This document shows, in pieces, positions 28,318 to 41,050 of a stretch of 64,000 nucleotides of DNA. The position numbers and the translations under genes are program-made. Position 1 is the stretch's first letter. The number at the start of each line of letters is the position of its first letter. Location of the stretch: contig NC_043008.1 in assembly GCF_006345805.1 (NCBI RefSeq), forward strand, positions 38,068,001 to 38,132,000. The letters are read 5' to 3'. The notes beneath the pieces were generated by a model. The model saw nothing but the letters and a program-made list of their open reading frames with translations. It searched no databases and was not told where the DNA came from. This DNA is from Octopus sinensis. Lineage: Eukaryota.

Positions 28318-28389
28318 CTCCCTGGTGGGGAATCGAACCCCGGTCTCCTGCATAACAGGTGGGGGTACTTACCACTATACTACTGAGTA
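28318..28389 (-). pseudogene. tRNA-Asp-derived pseudogene (anticodon GTC decayed to GTT)
   Basis: The minus strand reads TACTCAGTAGTATAGTGGTAAGTACCCCCACCTGTTATGCAGGAGACCGGGGTTCGATTCCCCACCAGGGAG (72 nt), collinear with eukaryotic tRNA-Asp(GTC) and with A and B boxes intact. Acceptor and anticodon stems are broken, mostly by CpG transitions. No CCA; TTTT follows 7 nt downstream. Confidence 0.85.
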
Positions 28390-29009
28390 CTAGCTGTTAC
28401 TAATTTTTCTCTTACATTAACGGCAAAATGATGTACTTTTGATATTTTCTGTTCTTAATCTAAACCAGAAGCTAGAAAAGGACTTCTGTGAGTGGCAAAT
28501 TAGAAGTTATAGGTTTTGTTTGCTTTTTGAGAAAGAACTTCGTTTTTTTTTTGGTTTTTTTTTTCAGAAACACAAAGATAATTTTGATTATGAAATACAC
28601 ATAAATGTCTGAAACCAGAGAGAAGACAATTTTTTTTTTAATCAAGAAAGCATGGAAACAATTTGACATCTTTGAAATCAATTTTGATTGATTATATTAA
28701 TGAATATTTTCAAACTTGAATAAAATAAATAAGATAAATAAATCGATAAAAGAGAAGAAAGAGAATATTTATTTAGCAATCTAAAGATGGCTTGCATTTC
28801 CAAGTGAATATATTAAAGTGTGCAGACTACAATGTAATAGGGGGTGGGGGGATGAGGAAGGTACAGTTGATCTTTGAGGGTAGAAACCATGCATTTTGTG
28901 TTCAGGGTTTCTAATTGTTTAAGTTAACTTGGGCAAGAGAGAATAAATCTTGTGAACGAAATTCAAAGAGACAAGGCCAGAAAAATTGAAAAAATATAAA
29001 ATGATAAAG

Positions 29010-29017
29010 ATTAAAAT

Positions 29018-29060
<43 letters not shown>

Positions 29061-29067
29061 GGGATAA

Positions 29068-29103
<36 letters not shown>

Positions 29104-29124
29104 TGTGATAACATAATAATAATA

Positions 29125-29163
<39 letters not shown>

Positions 29164-29165
29164 TA
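29010..29165. repeat. (AAT)n microsatellite
   Basis: Directly visible. Confidence 0.95.
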
Positions 29166-29539
29166 ATAGAATAAAAAGGTATGATATGACCATCTCATAA
29201 GAAATTTTCTGACAATAGGAAAATCTTAAGTTAGCGATGCTTAAGGAATTAGGAGTATGAATCTGAAAAAAAAACTAGCAGCTAACAGCTAAGCAATGAT
29301 AAGCCCAGTGCCAAATGGTTTATCTGGTTTGAGCAAAGGCTCAAAACATCAAGATTTTTCCATTCTTCCCAAGTGTCAAACTAATACACCAGTCTTTGTA
29401 TTTTGTTTTCTATAAATTTGAACTATAAATATATATATATATACATATGTATGTATGTACGTATGTATGTATGCATACATACACACACAGTCACATATAT
29501 GTGTGTGTGTGTGTATGTGTTCGAGGGTATATATATATA

Positions 29540-29570
<31 letters not shown>

Positions 29571-29722
29571 GATGGGCTTCTTTCAGTTTCCATACACACC
29601 ATATCCACTCACAGAGCTTCGGCTGGCCTAAGGCTATAGTAGAAGACACTTGCACAAGGTTCCACTCAGTGAGACTGAACCCAGAACCATGTGGTTAGGA
29701 AGCAAGCTTCTTACCACACAGC
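29571..29722 (-). mobile_element. SINE family A 5' half (left arm of a hairpin)
   Basis: Inverted homolog of 29753-29908. Confidence 0.85.
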
Positions 29723-29740
29723 AACATAACAATATAAAAA

Positions 29741-30111
29741 GTGCAGGAGTAGGCGTGTGGTAAGAAGCTTGCTTCCCAACCACTTGTTTCTGGGTTCAGT
29801 CCCACTGATTGGCTGAGGGGAACCTTGTGCAAGTGTCTTCTACTATAGCCTCAGGACAACCGAAGCTCTGTGAGTGGATATGGTATATAGAGACTGAAAG
29901 AGCCCATCATATATATATTCGTTCCCCCAACATCACTTGGCATCCCATGTTGGTGTGTTTATGTCCCCGTAACAGAGCAGTTCGGCAAAAGAGACCAATT
30001 GAATAAGTACTAAGCTTACAAAGAAAAAGTCCTGGGGCGATTTGTTCAACTAAAGGTAGTGCTCTAGCATGGCCACCGTCAAACGACTGAAACAAGTAAA
30101 AGAATTAAAGT
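29741..30111 (+). mobile_element. SINE family A, full length (right arm of the hairpin)
   Basis: Head gtgcaggagt...tgtggtaagaagcttgcttcc through tail gactgaaacaagtaaaag. Confidence 0.9.
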
Positions 30112-30409
30112 ATATATATATATATATAACATATGATGTTTGTTGGCAATCACAATGCCAAAAATTTAATCTGACTCTGTGGCATTTGGGAGAAATGTCT
30201 ATTACTATAGTTTTACATTGCACCAAGGACAGTGAAGAAAACTGAAATGATGGAAAGCCCATTAGAAAATTGGGAAGATGGGAAGCCCATTAGTTGGATT
30301 ATTGCCCATGATTCAGGGACCCAGTTTTGTCACAAGGGTTCTGCTCGGGGATTGCATTAATGTTGCATGTGCCTAGGGGAAAACACTGCTTATATATATA
30401 TATATATGT

Positions 30410-30641
30410 AAGGCGGTGAGCTGGCAGAAACGTTAGCACGCTGGGCAAAATGCGTACCCATATTTCGTCTGCTGATACATTCTGAGTTCAAATTCCACCG
30501 AGGTCGACTTTGCCTTTCATCCTTTTGGGGTCGATAAATTAAGTACCAGTTACGCACTGGGGTCAATGTAATCGACTTAATTCGTTTGTCTGTTCTTGTT
30601 TGTCCCCTCTGTGTGTAGCCCCTTGTGGGTAAAAAAGAAAC
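30410..30641 (+). mobile_element. SINE family B monomer
   Basis: Near-consensus copy embedded in a (TA)n tract. Confidence 0.9.
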
Positions 30642-30740
30642 ATATATATATATATGTCTGTATGCACAGACATATGCACATAGATATACCACATATATGC
30701 ATATGCATTTGTGTGCTATATATACTTATATATATATATA

Positions 30741-30788
<48 letters not shown>

Positions 30789-30830
30789 TTTATATACATA
30801 TATGTATATTTACACTAACACACACAATAT

Positions 30831-30866
<36 letters not shown>

Positions 30867-31315
30867 GATAGATAGATAGATATATACATGCGTGTATTTC
30901 ATACCTAAGTCTTAAAAAATACCTGTTAGTGAAGATTTGAATAAAATACACAACTTTGTTCATATTCCAACTACCTACATCATTTGCAGTGTATTGTTTA
31001 TATGATAATTTAGTCAAAAGAATATGTAACTATGAGTATATCTTGTTAAATGTTTTAGCTTGCCTTTTGTCTATCCTTTATATTTCTTACATGAATAATC
31101 TGTACTGTTGTAGTCATGACATATTTTTTTTATGTCATCAGATCAGATGATAATAGAACAAGTAATGACTGGAAGCTATGAAATGAAGTGAATTTGAGGA
31201 AAAAGTATTATTAAGAAATAAATAAAATCTCAATAGATATTTAATTCTATTCACAACTTTCTCTGCTTTAGATTTCACACATACGTACATATGTACGTAT
31301 GTACATACATACATA

Positions 31316-32153
31316 TATAGGGTGCGATGGGTAAATTGTCACCATTTTATACTTTTAATTTTGTGCTTGTGCATTGTTTGCTTTTGATTTTGCTGACTAC
31401 ACAGTATAGTAGGGTCAGTTGGGCACTCTCTGTGAGAAAAACGACACCACGATGCAAATCATTCTGCCAGATATTTGGAAATGACATGCTGTACTGCTTG
31501 GTGTTCACACCAGAAGCTGCAATATGAAGTGCCAGAAGTTCTAATACAAACATTTACCAATATGATGAACATATACTGGGTGTGATAAAAATCAAATATC
31601 CAGTCAACATCATGGTGTTTGGAGTGATCACTTGTGATGGCAACGTTATGCTTCCTTCATCTTTCCACAAGGCCACAGACTTAACATGGAGGCCTACATC
31701 AAGTGCCTGGAGGAAGCAATACTGTTCTGGGTGGAGAGAGTGGCTGCTAGAAGACTGAGTGTCTGACAATAGCGAGAAACCAGTCAGACTATCAGACAAT
31801 TTTTGTGACCACATCACTCATAAAATCTGGCAACCTAACTCCCCAGACTGCAAACCTCTTCATTATTATGTCTAGGGCGCAGTTGAACAAGAGACCGACG
31901 AAACTCCTTGTAACATCAAAGATGAACTGAAGGCAAGGATTATGGCAGCATTCACCAACTTAAACAAAGAGACCGTCCAGAAGGGTTGCAGGTGATTCTG
32001 AAGCCAATGGGGATTTTAATGAATAAATAAATTTATTCTTTAGTATTTCAAAATATTTTTATGTAACTTAGATAAGTATATCTGTTGAAATGAAATGTCA
32101 GTATTATTTTCATTTTTGCATAATTTTGACAACAGTTTATTCACCATATTCTG

Positions 32154-32165
<12 letters not shown>
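31316..32165 (+). mobile_element. Internally deleted Tc1/mariner remnant, DD37D/maT-like
   Basis: Starts TA-TAGGGTGCGATGGGTAAATTGTCACCA. Disrupted frames give IMVFGVITCDGNVM, PQGHRLNMEAYIKCLEE, WQPNSPDCKPLHYYV*GAVE and KDELKARIMAAF...EANGDF (WPPNSPDxNPLDY-type motif). Stops, frameshifts and a degenerate right TIR make the right boundary approximate. Confidence 0.85.
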
Positions 32166-32195
<30 letters not shown>

Positions 32196-32379
32196 AAGGA
32201 TATTCATGGTTGTATCTACATCTATGTATATTTATATATACAGATACATATACAAGTACATATGTTTATATACACATACACATACATATGTAATACACAC
32301 ATATTAGTATGTATGGATGCATGTATCTATATATATAAATTATATATATATATTTAAAAGGAGAGAGAGGAGACACATG

Positions 32380-32429
<50 letters not shown>

Positions 32430-33310
32430 AATAGAGAAGTGAGAAAACAATACCTCACAGAAGAGATGCATTCCTGAAGATTTTACTGTTAAACCAAAAA
32501 CCTATTTTCAAATTGACTTCCATCTTATAAACTGAAGCACTTTCCTTTGGCTTCTTTTTTATTCAGAAAGAATATAATCAAGCATGAAAACAATCTTTCT
32601 TAAATACATAGTGTATATGCATGTGTGTGTGAGCGTGTATAAGTTTGTGTGTGTGTGTGTGTGTACTGGGAATTCTCTATATACACCAGAATACACTCAA
32701 TAAAAAGAATGTAATGACAAATACATCAAGGAATAAATAAGAGTAATCTGTTATATTTTGCCTGAGTGACCTTTGTGTTTATCAACATTTTATGTTGAGC
32801 TTCATTGTCAATGCACACACACTCAGGAGCCATTCTGTATTAAGCATCAGATCAGATCTAGATGAAAATACTAACTAGACAGCTAATGGAGTAGCTATTT
32901 GAGCACTTGATCATCGTCAAGTACAGTGCCAAATATGGACACTACAAGCATTAATGTTTTACAGTAGGCTGAATTTTTCCTCAACCATTTTATCAAACTT
33001 TCCTAAAGCTTCAAAGTTTAACACCCAACGTAATTCCTTTATGATTTCTTTTCTTGTTAATATCGTCACTTTCATATGATAACACTTTCCCTTTGTCATT
33101 TTAAGTAAAAGTAATGTAATGTGCAATAACTTATGTAGCTGTACTGCATGTTTAACAAGGGTTAAATTCAACAGCAACGACAATAGACAAGGAATTTACA
33201 CCAGACCAATATTACTTCTTAAAATCCAGAAATTAGTCATTGTACTTTATAATTTCTGGAAATGTGAAATGTCAAAAGCAGAGTTACAATTCTGTCTCTG
33301 TCACTCTGTC

Positions 33311-33341
<31 letters not shown>

Positions 33342-33389
33342 GTATACATATAGCTACATATATGTGTGTGTACACGTATATATAAATAT

Positions 33390-33790
33390 ATACTTACTTA
33401 CTTTACTTTTACTTGTTTCAGTCATTTGACTGCGGCCATGCTGGAGCACCGCCTTTAATCGAGCAACTCGACCCCGGGACTTATTCTTTGTAAGCCCAGT
33501 CCTTATTCTATCGGTCTCTTTTTGCCGAACCGCTAAGTGACGGGGACGTAAACACACCAGCATCGGTTGTCAAGCGATGCTAGGGGGACAAACACAGACA
33601 CACACATATATATATATACATATATACGACAGGCTTCTTTCAGTTTCCGTCTACCAAATCCACTCACAAGGCATTGGTCGGCCCGGGGCTATAGCAGAAG
33701 ACACTTGCCCAAGATGCCACGCAGTGGGACTGAACCCGGAACCATGTGGTTGGTTAGCAAGCTACTTACCACACAGCCACTCCTGCGCCT
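33390..33790 (-). mobile_element. SINE family A, young full-length copy
   Basis: Nearly all CpGs are retained; complete head, core and tail. Confidence 0.92.
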
Positions 33791-33830
33791 ACCTATATAT
33801 ATATTTATATATTTATGCATATGTATGTAC

Positions 33831-33881
<51 letters not shown>

Positions 33882-34559
33882 CGTATGTGCACAAGTATGT
33901 GTGTGTGCATATATATATACATACATATATGTATACACACACACACACATATACATGCTCACATGCACACACAGATATACATATCATATATGGATTTCGT
34001 AGAATCCATTAACAGAGCTATTATTAATTTATAAAAAATTGAATAAACAAATTGAATATTTATAAATTCATTAATGTTATGCACTTTTTATGCCATTAAA
34101 AATGTCTTTCTTTTATGTTTTTAACATTTTACTAATGGTGTACAAATAATTTGTTGAGAGAGTAATCATTTCAAATGTTATTGACCCATAGTTATGAAAG
34201 TTAGGTTTTAAAATATATAAGCAAGAAACTTCGACTGTCCACATCACTACCCTTGAGAAGAATAGAACTTTTACATAATTCTACTTCCATGAATGGTTTT
34301 GAAAAAAAATCTTTAACTATGGAATGGAATTGAAGACATAAGCCTATTAAATTATATTTTGGGTTAATCCTTTGGGCAGAAGGAAAGGCAAAGTTCATTG
34401 GCCCATTTTTAGGCAGGGCTCTCTGTGATGGTTAGGAGAGAGAGATAGGAAGGAAGATATCATCAAACTGTCCTCAGTAATTGCAACAGAGTGGACTCTG
34501 TGATTATACTATTATTATTATTATTATTATCATTATTATTATCATCATCATTATTATTT

Positions 34560-34775
34560 GGGCAGCAAGCTGGCAGAATCGTTAGCAGGCCAGGCAAAAT
34601 GCTTAGTGGTATTTTGTCTGTCCTTGAGTTTAAGTTCAAATTCTGCCAAAGTCGACTATGCCTTTCATCCTTTCAGGGTTGTTAAATTAAGTACCAGTGA
34701 GACACTGGGGTCGATGTAATCGACTAGTCCTCTCTTACAAATTTCAGGTCTTGTACCTTTAGTAGAAAAGAATAT
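34560..34775 (+). mobile_element. SINE family B monomer with short tail
   Basis: ggcagcaagctggcagaatcgttagc through agtagaaaagaatatt, followed by (ATT)n. Confidence 0.85.
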
Positions 34776-35530
34776 TACTATTGTTATTATTATTATTATT
34801 ATTGGTAGCCTAGTTGAAGAATTGCTTGAAAACTTGACTAAATCTCTAACAATATTTGATTTTAACTTTTAATGCCCTTATCAAATCCTGCTGAATTTAA
34901 CTGGGCTTTTCATCCTTCCTGGGTTGGTAAAATATATATTAGACATGTCCTTTATATTCCTTGCAAAATTTTTAGCCTTGTACTACTACTGTAAGACATC
35001 AATTGTCATCATCATCATCATCATAGCTATTATAGAATTATGTTGTTGTCTGATTGAGAAAATATTTTCTTGTTAAATCTTTGAGAAGTTTAATAACCAG
35101 TTTTGTGCTAGACATGATCTTTTATTATGTTCAGCAATAATAACCATTTTGGCATCATTATACTGAAGTTTTGGTTATTAGTTTTGACAGAGAGCATTGT
35201 GTATTCTATATTTGCACCAAAATACACTCAACTAAAAATCAAAAGCTATTCTTTTCATTTGACTGTGAGGGCAGGGTGTAAAGATCCCTTTATGGAAATA
35301 TTTTGACTGGTGTGGCATGTCCGTATGGTGTCTGATTCAATCCTTTTGTGTAGTTTCTTGAGCATTTGAGTGTCTTCTTTTATAACATTAGACAGTCCGA
35401 TACCTTGTGAATGAATTTTGAGAGGAAACTGTGCAGAAGCCAATCATGTGTGTGTGTGTGTGTGTGTGTGTGAGTGTGTGTGTGTATGTTTGTTTGTGTA
35501 TGTGTGTGTGTTTGTGTGTTTGTGTGTGTA

Positions 35531-35572
<42 letters not shown>

Positions 35573-36934
35573 TGTGAGTGTGTTAGTTTCTTTTCGTGAT
35601 TTGTGTTTACATGACACCATTTGACAACAGATATTTTATTTACATCCTCAAACTTAATTGGTTTGGTAAAAAAAAAATAGTCTGGTAGAATTAGTAGCAG
35701 TCTTAAAAAATATAATACTAAGGTGTAAAAGGCAGGCTAATCACTTCAAAGTAGAACCCTAGCATTTCCATAATCCAATGATTGAGATTAGAAAAAGAGT
35801 AAAGGAGTCACAGAACCCAGTTTATAAAAAAAGGCACAAACAACATGCAAAACAGCTGCAATCAGTAATTTTCCTGAAAGTATTTGCTGCATAACTGAAA
35901 ATGCAAGTGTAAGTGTTTCAGTAAGGAATAGAAACTAGCACGCAGATTCAATTTTTCAGGAAGTTTTACCTCCTGCTGTATGATTCTCAAAATTTAATGC
36001 AAATATCATAAATGTTTTTGTGAGAACGCTACAATGAAGGAAGAGGAAGGCTGATGCAATCCTCTTTGATGTTAGTAAAAAAAAATGCAATATTGTTAAA
36101 AAATTTTTAAAGCAAACTTAAGGAACACAACAAGCTAATTAAGTTGTATTAATAGCTAAAACTAAAGGAAAATATAAACAAAATGTATGAAGAAATATTA
36201 GTTTTTAGTACCTCTGTTTAAACAAAACTTGCTTATTAAACATTTAAAAGAATTTATTAGAAGCATACAATTATCATGGAAAAAACAAACACTATGCTAA
36301 CTTGTTCTCTGTATTCTATGGGGAAAGGAAATGTTGTATTGTACATATGTAATTAATATTTTGGTTCAATTTATGTAGCTATAGAAACAGCAATGAAATA
36401 TTGCTAAATATTGCTAAATATCCATCTTTTGTGTTTTAATTAATGTTCATTGCTAAGGAATAGAGGAAGATCTGTTGGTTGCTAAAGTAAATATTCATTT
36501 CCTGACTAGACACAAAGCTGGCATTTATTAAAAGGAATATTTTTTTTTTTTGGTGCTGATATTGGTAGTGGTTAATAACATAACTCAGTAGAAGTGTGAA
36601 GACACTACTGAAGACTTTAGATTTCATGTGCTGACTCAAAGGAGTGATATAAATATCTTCTCCAAGTTCAATGGAAATTTTCAAATCAGAGCTGAGAGCT
36701 AACAAAATATTCATTAATTTTTTTTGCACAGCTGCTACCTTGATAAAGACAGGTAGTTGCTTCTATATTGGGTTCATAGTCATTACATTATGGGCTTAGT
36801 TCTCAAACTGAGAAGCACATTGCATCCTTGAGCAAAGAATGGCATTTTGTGTTGCATCAATCTACTTAGCTGAAAAGGTGTGCCTGCAACAGCTTGCTGT
36901 ATTGATCAAGTGATGGGCTGGGATCTCTTTCAAA

Positions 36935-37145
36935 GAAGGATCATCTACTGTCGAATGTAATGCCTGCTTTTTATATGCTTTTGAATTAATCATGTATTGT
37001 CTTGTAACTTCAAGATTTTGATGATGTGCTTGTATAACTTTAGAATGATCTTGTAGAGTAGGTGTAAGAGGCCAGATCTGGCTGTTTTGAAAATAAAACA
37101 GGTAGTGTATTTGGGCCAGATGTGGCTAGTTTAAATGCTTAAGTC
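36935..37145. mobile_element. Second MITE family, copy 1
   Basis: Shares ttagaatga-c-ttgtagagtaggtgt...gatctgg...caggtag-tatttg with the copy at 62354-62566. Confidence 0.6.
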
Positions 37146-38400
37146 CCACATAAGTTTGCATCACTTCCTAGGGGTATGTCATATGTCCAGTGACACTGTT
37201 GGTGCCTTGATTGTTTGCACGATATCCTGTTGACTTGATAGCAATCTTCTTTTCACTGAAGTGCTACAGCTGGCTGACAGATTATGCCAGAGTAAAGAAC
37301 CAGAAATGCATGTCCACGACTGTCCTTTTATCATTAGACAATTAGGCTGTCTCTTTCCTTTACGGCATGTCAGCTTTGGAGAATTTTCGACTGCTGAGAT
37401 TATCTCCCCTTCTCAAGTGGCACTGGTCTTAATTGCAATTTTGTAGTATTGATACATCTTCTAGAGGTGGCGATAAATTTAATTACCAAAACTTTATGTT
37501 GTATGATATTTTATATACCTGTATTTGTCTGTGTTGCTCCAATGTATGCCACTGGTCATTCTCAGTTATACCTCTTAACTCATTTTTGTTTAAATTAGGT
37601 AAATTATTCGTACTTCAATGAACTCAGTGACCTCAGGTACACAAAAACAGCAAGAAGTAATTGAATAGTTAATGCTTTGAAGCATTTAAACGAATTCTTT
37701 ATCATTTTGGCTATCTCCACTGTTCTAATAATTGTGAATATTGATTTTCATTTTACAAAGATCAAATATTCTACCTACTTATGAAAGAATGAAATATAAG
37801 TTGTGGTATTCATGCCTTTCCCAACAACATTAGAAAAGTAGGTAAAATGAATTGGTTTCGTCTAAAACTAAAGGAATAATCCAAGTTCTGCCCACTTGTG
37901 TCTATATACATACATATTGTTGCAGGCAGGCAGCGATGCTTTAACTTTTTCTATCAAAAATGGTTTTCCAACCAAATATTTATATGTTATTGTGAACAAG
38001 TAATTCTTCTCCAACTGGCTATTGACACACTTTCTGTGCCCTATCAGAATCTGCAAAGGGAAGCCATCCTTCCCATCATTGACCTGACGTGATATGCACG
38101 GACCCGGGTTTCTGGGTATTTACCCATCGACAGCACACAACAATCACCTGTCTTTCATGCGAAAGGGTCCCAATGCAAGTACACATATCCTTTTTCCAGT
38201 GATTAAAAGTCACTGATCTCGAAAAAGTGTAAACAAGCAATAATAAATCTCTAAACGAGGTATAAAGTTGCTGTAGCCTTGTATTCTTCAAGATCCAGTG
38301 TTCCAAAGGAGAATTATTTTTCATTCTCTCAAAAATTTTTATGTGTGAGTGTGTGTGCATGTGTGCATGTGTGTGTGCATGTGTGCATGTGTGTGTGTTT

Positions 38401-38436
<36 letters not shown>

Positions 38437-38649
38437 TTGTGTGTATGTGTGTTGATGTGTGTATAAGTGTATATGCATATGCATTGGTAAAAATTTGAGA
38501 ATAACAATGAATCTATTCACAGGAATTGAACTAAGCATCACAAATTTATATTCTCTTTGGAACAACGGCTTCTAAATGTATATAACTTAATTCTTCTCTC
38601 TATTAAAAGATAATCTTAGTCTTATATCAATTATTCATTCAATCATAGA

Positions 38650-38698
<49 letters not shown>

Positions 38699-39153
38699 TT
38701 ATATATATACACACACACATAAATATACACACACACATAAATATACACACACATATATATGTTTGTCTGTATATATATATATGTATTTATCTGTATGTGC
38801 ATGCGTGTGTGTGTATGTATGTATGTGTGTTTGTTTCTGCATTTAAAATGTTAATCGTTGATTAACTTCTGCAAAATATTTCGAAAAATTAATTTGCCTG
38901 TGTTTAATGAAGTGTATAATTAAAACTATGAGAGCTGTACACATCTACTCAAGTAGTGCTGTAGAATTAAGAAGGAGGCTTCGGGGACAAATTTCTTTTG
39001 TTTGGTTTATTTCCAGAATTGTGGAAAAAAAAAACAGAAAGAAAGAAAAAAAATGAAAAATAAAGAAATTAATATAAATTTAATTCATATTAAATAACTG
39101 TGAATGTCAACAAAAGTTTTTGTGTTTCTTGAAATGATGATAGCAATAAAGAA

Positions 39154-39227
<74 letters not shown>

Positions 39228-39759
39228 AATACATTAATAAAAATAATTTCTCCTACCTGAATGGGTGGATGATGTTGAATCTGAAAATGAAAAGGGAAAA
39301 ATAAATGTTATATTGTACAAGTGCAAAGAATAGATTTAGACTTGTTGTAATGCAAGAAGTCAAACAATTAATTTTATTTATCGAAAGTATCTGTCACTGG
39401 GTGTACTTTAACTTCAGCGGTTGTGAAAGACTAGAAAAAGTGAAATAGTACATCTGCAATCATGAACTAAAAGATCAGGTGAGTCATATTACCGGAATGC
39501 TGAATAGGTATTTAAGCATCTTCTTCCTTCTTTCTCTGTTACTCCCTCACGCACACACATGCACACATATGCATGTGCATGCACACACACACACACATAC
39601 ATGGAGGTATCCTCCCTAATGCCAATGACACTCTGTCAAGTGGTTGGCATTAGGAAGGGCAACCAACCATAGAACCCATGCCAAAGCAGACAATGAAGCT
39701 TGGTGCTGCTATCTGGCTCACCAACCCCAGTCAAATCATCCAATGTTTATATACATATT

Positions 39760-40262
39760 CTTTTATTCTTTTACTTGTTTCAGTCATTTGAATGCAGCCA
39801 CACACACATACACACACACACACAACAAACACACACACACACACACGCGCATGCACATTAGACAGCTTCATTTCAGTTCCGTCTCCCAAATCCATTCACA
39901 AGGCTTTGGTCAGCCAGAGGCTATAGTAGAAGGTGTCACGCAGTGGGACTGAACCCCAAACCATATGGCTGCGAAGCAATCTTCTTATTTCTTTATTGCC
40001 CACAAGGGGCAATAAAGAGGGGGACAAAGAAGGACAGACAAAAGGATTAAGTCAATTACATCCACCCCAGTGTGTAACTGGTACTTAATTTATCGACTCC
40101 GAAAGGATGAAAGGCAAAGTCGACCTCGGCGAAATTTGAACTCAGAACGTAACAGCAGACAAAATACCACTAAGCATTTCGCCCGGCATGCTTACGATTC
40201 TGCCAGCTCGCTGCCTGTGTGGTAAGAAGATTGCTTCATACCACACAGCTACTCCTGCACCT
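39760..40262 (-). mobile_element. Family B SINE (39985-40216) nested in the head of a family A SINE
   Basis: Family A sequence stops at aagcaatcttctta (39987) and resumes at taccacacagctactcctgcacc (40239-40261). Confidence 0.8.
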
Positions 40263-40559
40263 ATTATATATGTGTGTGTGTGCACATGCATGTGTATGTG
40301 TGTGTGTGTAATGAACTTGTTTCCATATTCCACATATGATAAACATGTGCCTTGGATGGATGATGCTGTTTAGCACTATTGACATAAGTATGAAGGGTGA
40401 GAAATGAATGTTGTGATGTTTATAATTTGATAATAATGGTAACGACACAAGTGGAATTGAAATGAAAATCTGGCTGCAAGAATACTTTCACACTGTGTTT
40501 CATATTTAGTTCTCCTGGGCCCTGCAGGTTAAACAAAAGAAAGATTACTAAGCATGCAT

Positions 40560-40803
40560 GGGCATGTGTGTGTGTGAGTGTATATGTATGTGTGTGTGTG
40601 TGTGTGTGTGTGTGAGTGTATATGTATGTATGTGTGTGTGTGTGTGTGTGTGATGCATTCATATAGATGTTTACAATTGAATATCAGTTTCTTTGAATTT
40701 ATAAAAATTTCTATACTATACAGGAACATTATGAAATGCATGATGCTCACACATGCACTCTAGCATGCATGCACACTTAATCTCTCAATATATATATATA
40801 CAT

Positions 40804-40834
<31 letters not shown>

Positions 40835-40892
40835 AATATATTTTATATATATATATATATATTATACATATATATATATATAAATATATTTT

Positions 40893-40928
<36 letters not shown>

Positions 40929-41050
40929 GTATATATTAATGTATCTCTCTTTCTTGCTCTCTCTCACTATCCCTCCTCTTTCTCCCTTCCTCTCTCTCTC
41001 TCTCTTTATATGTGTGTGTGTGTGTGAGAGAGAGAGTGTGTCTACGTATA
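40560..41050. repeat. Compound (TG)/(TA)/(CT) microsatellites
   Basis: Directly visible. Confidence 0.9.

Noticed and set aside
28318-28389. Functional tRNA-Asn(GTT)
   Set aside because: The body is tRNA-Asp, with three mismatches in the acceptor stem and two in the anticodon stem.
36436-38507. Minus-strand ORFs 36436..36729, 37868..38056 and 38076..38507
   Set aside because: No recognisable domain or consistent splice sites, and partly microsatellite-derived.
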